Both the position numbers and the translations under genes were made by a program. A stretch of 64,000 nt of DNA, taken from Planctomycetota bacterium. Its GTDB lineage: Bacteria; Planctomycetota; Planctomycetia; Pirellulales; Pirellulaceae. The notes beneath the pieces were generated by a model, which was not told where the DNA came from, searched no databases, and worked only from the letters and a program-made list of their open reading frames with translations. Each line of letters opens with the position of its first letter. Position 1 is the first letter of the stretch. Where the stretch lies: NCBI GenBank assembly GCA_039821235.1, contig JBCBOO010000003.1, forward strand, positions 20,169-84,168, given 5' to 3'. Of the stretch, positions 30,519 to 40,139 are shown in pieces.

Positions 30519-33497
30519 ATGTTGCGGCTATACTCACGGGGTTGTGGCATTCCCCGCCTCCCCCACCTCCCGCTTGCCATGTCGCTCCATTCCTGTCCTC
30601 TTCCCGAGCGAAAGACAACCTCTGTCGTCCAAACGTCTGTCTTCAGCGAAAGTTCACGTGATGACCGATTATGTGCATCGGTTGTCCCACGTTGGCCCAT
30701 CTTTCGATTGGGATTCGCCGCCTGGTTGTTGCTGAGTGCACTGTCGTACGACGCGGTTGCTGGCGAAACCGGTTCCTTGGATTACGCGTCCGAGATCTAC
30801 CCGATCTTGGAAACGTACTGTGTCGCCTGTCACACAGAGGACGATCCGGAGGGCGGACTGGTGATGACCGATTTCAGTTCGCTGATGCGTGGTGGCGATA
30901 CGGGATTGGCGATCACGGCCGGTAATGCCGGAAGCAGTCGACTGTATTTGATGGCGTCTGGCAAACTCGATCCCGTGATGCCGCCCGATGACGCCGAGCC
31001 GCCCACGGACGCCGAACTCGAGTTGCTCGCCCGCTGGATCGATCAAGGCGCCATCGGTCCGACCGGCTCGCCGCCGATCAAGCACAAGCTCCGCACCCCC
31101 AAGATTCCTCCCGCGCGTGATGTTTCGCGACCGTTGACCGCGATCGCGATGTCGAGCTCCGGTGACATGACTGCTCAGGCGAGTTTCGGTCGCATCGAAT
31201 TGTTGCCGCCGACTGGTGAACCCACCGTGATCGATGACTTGGAAATTGGCAAAGTCAATTCGCTCGCGTTTTCACCAAGCGGTAACATCCTCGCGGCAGC
31301 AGGTGGTTTGACCGGCGCTTCTGGACGGATTGCTCTCTTCGATGTTGCGACGGGGATGCCATCCGGCGAATTCGTCACACGGGGTGACGCGTTTTACGCC
31401 GTCGCATTTCATCCTTCGGAGCCACTGATCGCGGCGGCGGGCTATGACCGTGTGATCCGTGTTTGGAACACGGGGACGAATGAGCTGGCTCGCGAATTCC
31501 GCGGGCACAACGGCGCGATCTTCGATCTGGCGTTTTCACCCGAAGGAAGCGTGCTGGCCAGTGCCTGTGCCGATGAAACTGTCAAGCTATGGAGCGTTTC
31601 TACGGGCGAACGACTCGATACGCTCGGTCAGCCGGAGGGCGAAGTCAACGCGGTCGCCTTTTCGCCGGATGGACGACAAGTCATCGCGGCGAGCGCCGAC
31701 AACCGTCTTCGTGTCTGGTCACTTCGATCCAGAGATCGCTCCGCGATCAACCCTCTGGTCGCCACTCGATTCATTGACGAAACGCCACTCGTGAATTTTG
31801 CGATCACTCCCAGCGGCAAACACTTGGTCACGCTTGCAAGTTCGGGCAACCTGAAAGTGCTGCAGACATCGGACTGGCAGTCAATCGCAACCCTTCCGCC
31901 TCTTCGAGAGAGCGGCACGGATCTGTTTGTTTCCAGGGACAATCAAACCGTCGTCGTCGCAATGATGAATGGTGAACGGGCCACGAGAACGTTGCCGGTT
32001 GCCAATCACGCGAACGAGATGGAACCTGTATCGTCCGATGGTCTGGCATCGACCCGGCGCGTTTGGCTGGACCTTGGCGAACCGAACAAGTTAGACGAGT
32101 CCAAACTGGAGTCCTCCGGCGGCCTTGCCAATCAGGTTGAACGCCACGTGATGATTGATGGAACGATTGCCGAGCCCGGCGAGATTGATCGCTACAAGTG
32201 GTCTGCAAGAAAAGGAGAGTTTTGGGCGATCGATGTGGATGCGGCTGCCGGCAGTGATATCGATCCCTTTGTGTCCGTCACCGATGCAAAGGGGGAGCCG
32301 ATCGTACAAGTTCGCCTTCAAGCGGTACGCGACTCGTACTTCACCTTTCGAGGGAAGAACAGCGATCAAGTCAATGACTTTCGAGTCTTCAACTGGCAAG
32401 AAATGAAGCTCGGTGAATACTTCTACGCGGCTGGCGAAGTCACTCGTCTGCAACGACACCCACGCGGCCCCGATTCGGGATTCAACATGTATCCGGGGCA
32501 GGGCAAACGATGGACTTACTTTGGCACCAGTGGCACGACACACGCGTTGGGCGAACCAGCGTATATCGTTCGTGCCTTGCCGCCAGGAACGAAACCGCTC
32601 TCCAACGGCTTGCCGGTTTTCGACATTCCTTACGAAAATGATGATGACCCAATGCGGATGGCGGGCAAGAACGCGAGGCTGTTGTTTACCGCACCCGCCG
32701 AGGGTGACTACTTGGCATGCGTTTCCGACACACGCGGTGAAGGAGGCGCGGGGTTCCGCTATCAACTCCGTCTTCGACCCGCGGCGCCGAGCTTTCAAGC
32801 CAGCACCGCAAAAATCAAAGCTCCTCTACGCTCGGCCGTCGGCCGCGAGTTCCAGCTGACCGTCAATCGGATCGATGGCTTTGATGGACCCGTGACTTTC
32901 GACATCCAAGAGCTGCCTCCTGGTCTGGTTCACAACTTTCCCGTGACCGTCGAAGCCGGTCAGCGTCACGCGATGGGAATGATCTGGGCATCTCCGGATC
33001 AACCTGAATGGACGTCACCCTTGGAGCCACGATTGACGGCGCGGGCGAAGATCGGCCAACGAATCGTTGAACGCTCCGCGGGCACGATCGGAAAGTTGAC
33101 CTTTGATCCCAAGCCGACCAATGCGATCGTCCAAATTCTGCCCCGCGGTGAAAATCTCAATGGCAGTCAGAATTGGACCCTACGCCTTCGGCCGGGACAG
33201 ACCGTTTCAGCGGTCGTCGCGATTGAGCGGCAAGCGTCTTTCACGAAAGAAGTCTCCTTCGGCAAAGAAGACGCCGGCCGTAACGCGAGTCAGGGCGTCT
33301 ATGTTGACAACATCGGCCTGAATGGACTGTTGATCCTGGCGGGTGCTGACGAGCGTGAGTTCTTTATCACGGCCGATGAAACCGCGAAGCCGAGCCGAAG
33401 GTCGTTTTTCTTGAAGGCGAATTTGGATGGCGGAATTACCTCTCACCCGATTACCGTAGAGGTTATCGGGTCGAATGAAATCGCTCAAACGGAATGA
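30519..33497 (+). CDS. planctomycete cytochrome-c domain (PSCyt1) / WD40 repeat / C-terminal beta-rich protein
   Basis: It has the CxxCH-containing motif ILETYCVACHTEDDPEGGLVM and LELLARWIDQGA. Multiple WD40 blades follow (AFSPSGNILAAAG, FHPSEPLIAAAGYDRVIRVWN, GHNGAIFDLAFSPEGSVLASACADETVKLWS, RLRVWS). The start is uncertain (30519 or 30579). Confidence 0.8.
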   Translation: MLRLYSRGCGIPRLPHLPLAMSLHSCPLPERKTTSVVQTSVFSESSRDDRLCASVVPRWPIFRLGFAAWLLLSALSYDAVAGETGSLDYASEIYPILETYCVACHTEDDPEGGLVMTDFSSLMRGGDTGLAITAGNAGSSRLYLMASGKLDPVMPPDDAEPPTDAELELLARWIDQGAIGPTGSPPIKHKLRTPKIPPARDVSRPLTAIAMSSSGDMTAQASFGRIELLPPTGEPTVIDDLEIGKVNSLAFSPSGNILAAAGGLTGASGRIALFDVATGMPSGEFVTRGDAFYAVAFHPSEPLIAAAGYDRVIRVWNTGTNELAREFRGHNGAIFDLAFSPEGSVLASACADETVKLWSVSTGERLDTLGQPEGEVNAVAFSPDGRQVIAASADNRLRVWSLRSRDRSAINPLVATRFIDETPLVNFAITPSGKHLVTLASSGNLKVLQTSDWQSIATLPPLRESGTDLFVSRDNQTVVVAMMNGERATRTLPVANHANEMEPVSSDGLASTRRVWLDLGEPNKLDESKLESSGGLANQVERHVMIDGTIAEPGEIDRYKWSARKGEFWAIDVDAAAGSDIDPFVSVTDAKGEPIVQVRLQAVRDSYFTFRGKNSDQVNDFRVFNWQEMKLGEYFYAAGEVTRLQRHPRGPDSGFNMYPGQGKRWTYFGTSGTTHALGEPAYIVRALPPGTKPLSNGLPVFDIPYENDDDPMRMAGKNARLLFTAPAEGDYLACVSDTRGEGGAGFRYQLRLRPAAPSFQASTAKIKAPLRSAVGREFQLTVNRIDGFDGPVTFDIQELPPGLVHNFPVTVEAGQRHAMGMIWASPDQPEWTSPLEPRLTARAKIGQRIVERSAGTIGKLTFDPKPTNAIVQILPRGENLNGSQNWTLRLRPGQTVSAVVAIERQASFTKEVSFGKEDAGRNASQGVYVDNIGLNGLLILAGADEREFFITADETAKPSRRSFFLKANLDGGITSHPITVEVIGSNEIAQTE

Positions 33498-33740
33498 ACC
33501 GCCTCAATAGCATGAGTCCACCGCCGGGCCGGTCGTAAACCGCTGGATTGAGTGGAAAGAGGCAGTTCCGACTTGTACACTGTCGCGGCGGCAACCTGTC
33601 GTTTTAGCGTGGGCGTGAACGGAGCCGTTGCCAAAAATGCGAAGCACTTTTCGGGCCACATGGTTTTGGGACCTGACCCTTTTTCGCTCGACTCCCCCGT
33701 TTGAATCCGGCAACCTTTTAGCATCGAGACCGAGCCGAAC

Positions 33741-35093
33741 ATGCCGATCAAGGCCAAAAGCCACGCGATCACGTTACTCAGCAATGTCACTTGTCCGCAT
33801 TGCTGGCACGAATATGCGCCGGAGGACTCGCTTTGGATTTCAGAGCATCCTGACTTGATCGGCGACGCCAAACTCGGCTTTCAACACGCGAAACGGTTTC
33901 TTCCCAGTCGCTTCAATCCGCAAGGCGATGCCATTGATGAAATGGGGCAAGACGCGACGCGTATGGCGTGTCCGAAATGCCACCTTCATGTTCCCCGATC
34001 GATGAACCAGGTTCCCAGCCTGTTCTTCAGTATCTTTGGTGCTCCGGCGTGCGGCAAGAGCTACTTTCTCACGTCCATGTCTTGGATGCTCCGCCAGACG
34101 CTGCCCAAGCGTTTCGCGGTTTCGCTCAGCGACGTCGACGCGGAGACCAATTCACGGATCCATGAATACGAAGAACTGCAGTTCATGAATCCGGACTTGG
34201 ATTCGCCCGTTGCACTGGCCAAGACGGAGGAACAAGGTGACCTCTACGACACCGTGGATATGGGAGACCACAGTGTGTCGTTCCCGCGTCCATTCATGTT
34301 CAACTTGCAACCGCTGTCCAGTCATCCGCGCTACAAACGCAATCGCGAAATTTCAAAACTGATTTGTCTGTACGACAATGCTGGCGAAAGTTTCTTTCCT
34401 GGCGCGGACAAAACGATCAACCCCGTGACGCGTCACCTGGCTTGTTCAAAGTGTTTGTTTTTCTGTTTTGATCCCACGCAGGATACACGTTTTCGCCGTG
34501 CGTGCGAGGGAAAATCCGAAGACCCGCAAATGGTGTCGCGTACCGCCAGGCTCGCGCGCGAGGCAACGATCCGGCAGGACACCATCCTGTTGGAGGCAAT
34601 TCAACGCGTCCGTCGGCACGCTGGGCTTCGCGACGATGAACTGCACCAACGCCCGTTGGTCATCATTGTGACCAAGTGGGACTCGTGGAAAGAACTGCTC
34701 CCGGACGTTCCCACGGATGAACCCTATTTGCCCATCGAGGGTTCGAAGTTTTGCACGCTTGATTCCGCTCGTATCAAACACGCGTCCGATCGTGTGGGTG
34801 AGTTGATGAGCGACATTTGTCCGGAGATCGTTGCCGCAGCAGAAGGTTTTTCGACCAGCCTGACCTTTATCCCCGTTAGTGCCACGGGCAGTAGTCCGGT
34901 GGTCGATTCCGAATCGGGTTCGTTGGGCATCCGGCCGCGTGACATGCAACCGTACTGGGTCGAGATTCCCATGTTGATGGCACTGCACAACTGGGCGGGC
35001 GGTTTGGTGGGAGCGACAGACCAATTGGGTGGATCCGATTCCGGCATGTCGCTGGAAGACGGTAGATGGATGGCCGAGAAACTGGGCAGCTGA
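33741..35093 (+). CDS. P-loop GTPase with N-terminal 4-Cys zinc ribbon (system gene 1)
   Basis: The ribbon is CPHC (aa 18-21) plus CPKC (aa 77-80). G1 is GAPACGKS (nt 34038-34061). G3 is LICLYDNAGE (nt 34374-34388). G4 is VIIVTKWD (nt 34671-34682). The G5-like motif is PVSATG. Confidence 0.7.
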   Translation: MPIKAKSHAITLLSNVTCPHCWHEYAPEDSLWISEHPDLIGDAKLGFQHAKRFLPSRFNPQGDAIDEMGQDATRMACPKCHLHVPRSMNQVPSLFFSIFGAPACGKSYFLTSMSWMLRQTLPKRFAVSLSDVDAETNSRIHEYEELQFMNPDLDSPVALAKTEEQGDLYDTVDMGDHSVSFPRPFMFNLQPLSSHPRYKRNREISKLICLYDNAGESFFPGADKTINPVTRHLACSKCLFFCFDPTQDTRFRRACEGKSEDPQMVSRTARLAREATIRQDTILLEAIQRVRRHAGLRDDELHQRPLVIIVTKWDSWKELLPDVPTDEPYLPIEGSKFCTLDSARIKHASDRVGELMSDICPEIVAAAEGFSTSLTFIPVSATGSSPVVDSESGSLGIRPRDMQPYWVEIPMLMALHNWAGGLVGATDQLGGSDSGMSLEDGRWMAEKLGS

Positions 35094-37171
35094 TTGATAC
35101 AAGTACCTTGAGCAGCGAACTCCTCTACACATCGGCACCGCAGGGCCTGCGTCATGGCAGTCGCGGTTTTTGCACCGTGCTGACCACGGCGGGCATGCCG
35201 ATCAATGTGATCAGCAAGCTCGAGGCAATTTCCGGTTATCGGCATCTCTTTCAAGCCGGCGGTGGATCTGGACAGAACCCAACCACCTACGCTCATCAGA
35301 TCGTCTCCCTCGGTGGTTTACGACAATCCGTTGTGTCACGGATCGCAGACTATGGCAGCGACTACAGTGGTCGAAGCAACAAGATCGCGCATCATGTTCT
35401 GTTGGAGCCCACTGAAAAACCCGCCGCCGGACCGGCATGGCTTCTGCAGCAACGATCCGTCGTTCGCAGTGAATGGCTGGGCAACTGCGAAACACCGGGG
35501 ACCGGTCCCAAGATTCCTTCGGCGGACCAGACGGCACGCATTTGCACGACTTGGAAAAACGTGACCGGCGACGCGGGCTGGGGTGGCGTGATCGCCGAAG
35601 CGATCGCGTCAGGTGATCCCGAGCCTCTCTGGGTCGTTTTTCCGCTTGCGCATCACGCGCAGCTTTTGGAACTAATGGACGAGGCCATTGCGCTGTTGCC
35701 GCAAGCCAAACGATGGACCGCCACCTTCAATACATTTGCCGCAAACATTCCTCCGGACGCTCACTGCAAAATTCGATTCGTGCCGGCAGGCAGTGAGGAA
35801 GCACGCTTTGCGTCGGGATCGAAGTCTTCCATTGATTTGACGAAGCAGCCCTCGATCACCTCGGCGTCCAACTGGGTGCAGCGGGCGCGCGGACAAGTCA
35901 GACCGCATCTCAGTCACACATCGGCGTCCACCTCCGCCGGTTCCTTTAGCGCTGTTCAGTCCGCCGAGGAAGTCGAGTCGGCGGCATCTTCGTGGGCGAT
36001 CGCAGAAGAAAACCCCGGGCCACCGCCGACCCCTGAGCCGCCCGAGTTGCCTCCCGAGTTGCTGCAGCCAAAAAGCCGGATGCCTTTGTTGATTGCAGGC
36101 GGTCTCGCAGCGGCACTGATCTTGTTGAGTACGACCTGGGTTGTCGCGCGAACGATGGCCGGCCTACCACTGCTGCCCGGTGAAGTGCAGAAACCGCCCG
36201 AGCAGATTTCGCTGCCAAAGCAAGAACCCGCGCCGACGCAAACGCCGGCTCCGCCACCCCTTCCGGCGGAGCCACTTGAATTCAAGATTTACTTGGATCA
36301 AAAACAGCTGCTCGCTTGGGCACTCGAACATCCCGTTGAAGACACCGCGTTTCCCAACCCGATCGAAATTCGGGGTGGGTTGCGGCTGCCGTCGATCATC
36401 GCCGCCGACATCGACGCGGCGGCGGCCCGTGACGATGCGTCTTCGAGTGGCGATGAAGACGTTACCGAACCGAAGCCCGCCGCACCGGAATCGTCGGCCA
36501 CCCTGTACGCTTGGGGCGGAGATGCGAGGTCGTTTGCGGACGCCGAGTCACTGACGGTGCTGACCACACGATTGAGCAACGGTCAGCAGACGGTTTCCGC
36601 CCAGGCGATGCCCGACGTACCCGATGATTTAGCTGGTTCGGTTTACTGGAACCGCGAGCGAGGCGACCTCTACTTTGTGGCGACCCACGACTGGTCCGAA
36701 CCATCGGAGGACTCGTTGGCGGGCGCCTATCGGTCCTTTGCACGTTCAATAGGACGCGTCACCGGGCTGATGTTGTCGATCAGAGAACATCAGGCGGAGT
36801 TGCCAGCGACGTTCCAAAATCTTGCCGAACCTCTGGTCTCCCGAACGCTCCGTGGCGAAGAATCGATGATGCGCGTCTTGATGCGTTCTCCGGAGGCGGC
36901 CAGCTCCATGGCCGAGATTGCTGCGACACTGAGTGATCGCTTGCAGGAGCGCGTCGAGGCGACAACCAAAGCACTCAAGAAACCACAACAGACGCGACTC
37001 GTGCGTCTGGTGGCCGAGTGCGGACAGCTCGTGCAGGCCGCCTCGGATTTGCGCGACGCTTTCGAGCTGCTCAAGCAAGGCCGTTCCATCGAGGTTCCGG
37101 AACTGCAGTTTTTAAATCAGCGCGGGCGAGTGCTCCGTCGTGTTCCCCTTCGCTTTCAACTTTCGTTCTAG
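35066..37171 (+). CDS. GAP1-like (GTPase-associated protein 1 N-domain-like) single-pass membrane protein (system gene 2)
   Basis: The N-terminus is ELLYTSAPQGLRHGSRGFCTVLTTAGMP...LEAISGYRH. Pro-rich linkers flank one TM segment (MPLLIAGGLAAALILLSTTWVVA, nt ~36080-36148). The start is either ATG 35066 (28-nt overlap with gene 1) or TTG 35108. Confidence 0.5.
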   Translation: MDGRETGQLIDTSTLSSELLYTSAPQGLRHGSRGFCTVLTTAGMPINVISKLEAISGYRHLFQAGGGSGQNPTTYAHQIVSLGGLRQSVVSRIADYGSDYSGRSNKIAHHVLLEPTEKPAAGPAWLLQQRSVVRSEWLGNCETPGTGPKIPSADQTARICTTWKNVTGDAGWGGVIAEAIASGDPEPLWVVFPLAHHAQLLELMDEAIALLPQAKRWTATFNTFAANIPPDAHCKIRFVPAGSEEARFASGSKSSIDLTKQPSITSASNWVQRARGQVRPHLSHTSASTSAGSFSAVQSAEEVESAASSWAIAEENPGPPPTPEPPELPPELLQPKSRMPLLIAGGLAAALILLSTTWVVARTMAGLPLLPGEVQKPPEQISLPKQEPAPTQTPAPPPLPAEPLEFKIYLDQKQLLAWALEHPVEDTAFPNPIEIRGGLRLPSIIAADIDAAAARDDASSSGDEDVTEPKPAAPESSATLYAWGGDARSFADAESLTVLTTRLSNGQQTVSAQAMPDVPDDLAGSVYWNRERGDLYFVATHDWSEPSEDSLAGAYRSFARSIGRVTGLMLSIREHQAELPATFQNLAEPLVSRTLRGEESMMRVLMRSPEAASSMAEIAATLSDRLQERVEATTKALKKPQQTRLVRLVAECGQLVQAASDLRDAFELLKQGRSIEVPELQFLNQRGRVLRRVPLRFQLSF

Positions 37172-37180
37172 TCCAACATC

Positions 37181-40090
37181 ATGGCCACGACCGTCGACAA
37201 AATCCGCCGCGCTCTCGAAAAACGAGATGGCATCGCCGAAGAGGAGATGAAACCGCTTGCGGAGGCGTATCGAAAAGAAGTTCAAACCGTCAATCAACGC
37301 TTGGACGACGCGATCATGTTGCTGCGCAAGGGCCTGCGCAGCGAGGCCATTCAACGGGTCGAACTGACTCCCAATGCGCTCGACGCCGCAGCCGAACTGG
37401 AGTTTCCCGAGTGGGACGAGTGGAACGATCTCTTGCAGTTCATGGGCATCCCACTGCCGCCGAAACTCAATCAGGACGACGTCGCGCAAATCAACGAAGC
37501 GATCATTGAGTCTCTACCGCTCGATGCCTTGTTGAAACGGCATCGACGGTTGGCGATCGCGAAAGCTCCCCTGAGCGCCCGGCTTCGCACGCTCCGACAG
37601 ATCGCGCGTGTCGATAGCAACAACGCGGTTTGGATGGACGACATCGAAATCTGGGAGAAAGCCCGCCTCGGCCAGATTGATGCGGAGCTCAAACGAGCGC
37701 TCGACAACGAAGACGCTCGCGTCTTGCAGCAGCTGCACCAGGAACTGACGGGGACGGCGTGGCGAATCCAACCGCCCGGACGGTTGATTGAGCAAACGTC
37801 ATTTGCCGCGGAAACGCATCGACGACAACGTCAGGAATCCGAGCTGTCCGAGCTGGTGCCCGCGATCCAGCAGGCGTTCGAAATCAAAGACGAGGCGACG
37901 GCGCGTTCGCTCCGAACGCAGTGGCAAGAAACCCGCGCCCGCTATGGCGTGGATGTGGCGGGTGGATTGAATGTTCAAGTCGCGACAGCGTTCCAGTGGC
38001 TGGAAGACTTGGATCGCCAAGCGATTATGGAAAGCGAACGCGAGATGGCGGTCGCCAACTTGCAAACCACGTTGCAGTCGGGTGCCTCCAGTGAAGAGGT
38101 CCACGCGGCACTCGATCAAGCCTCGCGATTTGGCCACCCCGTTCCGGACGACTTAGCCGCCCAAGCCGCCGCCCTCGCGGAAGCGCCCGCGAAAAAGGCC
38201 AAGCAAAAGAAGCTACTCTTGGCCGCCGGTGCCGGGGTGGTCGTCATTGGTGCCGCGATCGGCGGCGTGATGCTCATGCTCTCCGCGGGTGCCGAAGCGA
38301 AACGCGAGGAGACGATCACGCAAATGACGCAGTTCGTCAATAACGAACAGTACACCGAAGCGGCGCGATTCTATCAGTCCGTCCAGGCCAACGATCCAGA
38401 AACTGCTTCGTCGCCGAAGATGGTGGCGCTTCAAGCAACGGCTCGAAAGGCCCAGAACGACGAAGCGTACCGGCGAGATCGGTTTGACGAACTACTGGCA
38501 CAGGCGACCAGTGAAGACCCCGCCTTGATCGACCAAGTACTCTTCCCGCAACTGGATGAACTCGCCGCCACCGATGGCGAACGCGCTCGTGTGAACGATC
38601 TGCGAAGACGAAAGTCGCAGTACGTGGAAGGCGAGTCGCTGCGGCAGAGCGACAAGCTGATTGAAAAGATCGGCCAGCTCCGAACGACATTCGAATCGCT
38701 GCGTTCACGCGGCACATCGGACAGCAATCTGGAAGCGATCCGGCAGTTGTTAACTTCCGTGACCCGGTTGCCCAAACAGTTTCCACTTGCCACCGATGAC
38801 GCGGTCAGCAAACAGGAGACACTGCGTTCTTTGGCGAGCGAGACGCTCAGCGAAATGCGTGACGCGAATCGAATGTCACAGCAACGAGAGGAAGCGATTG
38901 ATTCCCTGGTCAACTCGCGTTCGATCGAAGTCTTCTCCGATCGCATGAGAGAATTTGCAACTCGTTCGATTGCCCAGACCGGGTTCGCCGAGTTTTCGAC
39001 GGTGTTGAACGAAGAAGACCATTGGTTGGCGATCGATCGAACGAACGCATGGCTGACGTTGTTACAGCAAAAGCTGGCCAACGGAGTCACCGCCGGGGAA
39101 GCAGCGAGTCTGATCGAGTCACGGAATCTACTGGCGTCAGAGGTTTATCCCAATCCGGCACTCGCCGCCATGCCCACGTTTGTGGACGCGATGGAAGAAA
39201 TTCAGGGTCGTCGCGCCATTCTTGACGAGACATTTAACCGGATCGCACGGCACCCAATCGCACGCGCGGTGACGCTGCCCATTCGCGAATCCGGTACGAG
39301 GACGGGTTATCTGATCTACAAGACCTACGCGGAAGAAAATGCGTCACGATTGAAGCAACAGAACAGCATTGGCATCTCGATTTTGTCCGATGAATTGGGG
39401 GGCGTCAGGAATCGCGGTTTTCAGGGCCCCCTTCCCGAAATCGTCAACGAGCCCTTGGACACCATTCGTGATGCGATCAACAACAAAGCCAAAAAGGCCA
39501 TTGAATTCGACCAGCAATGGGAGATTACATTTCTAGTCGAAGTCAGCCAGGTGATGCGTCGACCGAATCTTTCGGGCGTCCATAAGGAGTGGTTGATCTA
39601 CCAACTGTTGGACGCAGCCACACAGGGCAGTGAGTCATTGCGTGCGATGATCCCGCAAACTCTGCAGGTCCTTCAGCGGCGTGCAAGCGTTCGCGACAAA
39701 TGGTTCGAACCACGCGAATTCGACGACGCGTTGAATTCAGAACTGGAACGTACGCTTCGAACCGAACTCAACCTCGCCTACAAACGGTTCCAGAGCCCGC
39801 TTGCCGAATTCCAGGGAGTCGCCGATTCGGAGATCCAGTGGATCGGATTCCTGGCTCGAACGACCGGTGGCGAAATCGAGTACCATCCGCGAGGCCAGTT
39901 GCCAGAACGTAACGGAAAACTCTTTGTCTCCGGGCCACCTCGCGAGGGTGCCAGTTCGTCTTCCATTCTTACGATTGGAGAGTTGCGGGACGGTCACGTG
40001 GTTTTGGATCCCAACCCCATCTTTCAAGTTCCCGGACGACCGGTTTTTTGGTTTCCCGACCAAACCTCTGACTCCGACAGCTCGCCTTAA
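37181..40090 (+). CDS. 969-aa predominantly helical single-pass membrane protein (system gene 3)
   Basis: It starts 9 nt after the gene 2 stop. It has a long charged helical N-half, a Lys-rich stop-transfer (AKKAKQKK) plus TM (LLLAAGAGVVVIGAAIGGVMLMLSAGA, nt ~38213-38290), and ~600 aa after the TM. No catalytic motif was seen. Confidence 0.5.
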   Translation: MATTVDKIRRALEKRDGIAEEEMKPLAEAYRKEVQTVNQRLDDAIMLLRKGLRSEAIQRVELTPNALDAAAELEFPEWDEWNDLLQFMGIPLPPKLNQDDVAQINEAIIESLPLDALLKRHRRLAIAKAPLSARLRTLRQIARVDSNNAVWMDDIEIWEKARLGQIDAELKRALDNEDARVLQQLHQELTGTAWRIQPPGRLIEQTSFAAETHRRQRQESELSELVPAIQQAFEIKDEATARSLRTQWQETRARYGVDVAGGLNVQVATAFQWLEDLDRQAIMESEREMAVANLQTTLQSGASSEEVHAALDQASRFGHPVPDDLAAQAAALAEAPAKKAKQKKLLLAAGAGVVVIGAAIGGVMLMLSAGAEAKREETITQMTQFVNNEQYTEAARFYQSVQANDPETASSPKMVALQATARKAQNDEAYRRDRFDELLAQATSEDPALIDQVLFPQLDELAATDGERARVNDLRRRKSQYVEGESLRQSDKLIEKIGQLRTTFESLRSRGTSDSNLEAIRQLLTSVTRLPKQFPLATDDAVSKQETLRSLASETLSEMRDANRMSQQREEAIDSLVNSRSIEVFSDRMREFATRSIAQTGFAEFSTVLNEEDHWLAIDRTNAWLTLLQQKLANGVTAGEAASLIESRNLLASEVYPNPALAAMPTFVDAMEEIQGRRAILDETFNRIARHPIARAVTLPIRESGTRTGYLIYKTYAEENASRLKQQNSIGISILSDELGGVRNRGFQGPLPEIVNEPLDTIRDAINNKAKKAIEFDQQWEITFLVEVSQVMRRPNLSGVHKEWLIYQLLDAATQGSESLRAMIPQTLQVLQRRASVRDKWFEPREFDDALNSELERTLRTELNLAYKRFQSPLAEFQGVADSEIQWIGFLARTTGGEIEYHPRGQLPERNGKLFVSGPPREGASSSSILTIGELRDGHVVLDPNPIFQVPGRPVFWFPDQTSDSDSSP

Positions 40091-40139
40091 AGTCGTCTCG
40101 TCTAAGGCTCTCCTCTTCCATCCGACAAGCAACAATCGC

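Noticed and set aside
30519-33497. I considered whether the PSCyt1/WD40 giant protein is part of the GTPase operon.
   Set aside because: It is separated from the GTPase gene by a 243-nt gap. It belongs to a family that occurs in many stand-alone copies in planctomycete genomes. Linkage cannot be excluded without synteny data.
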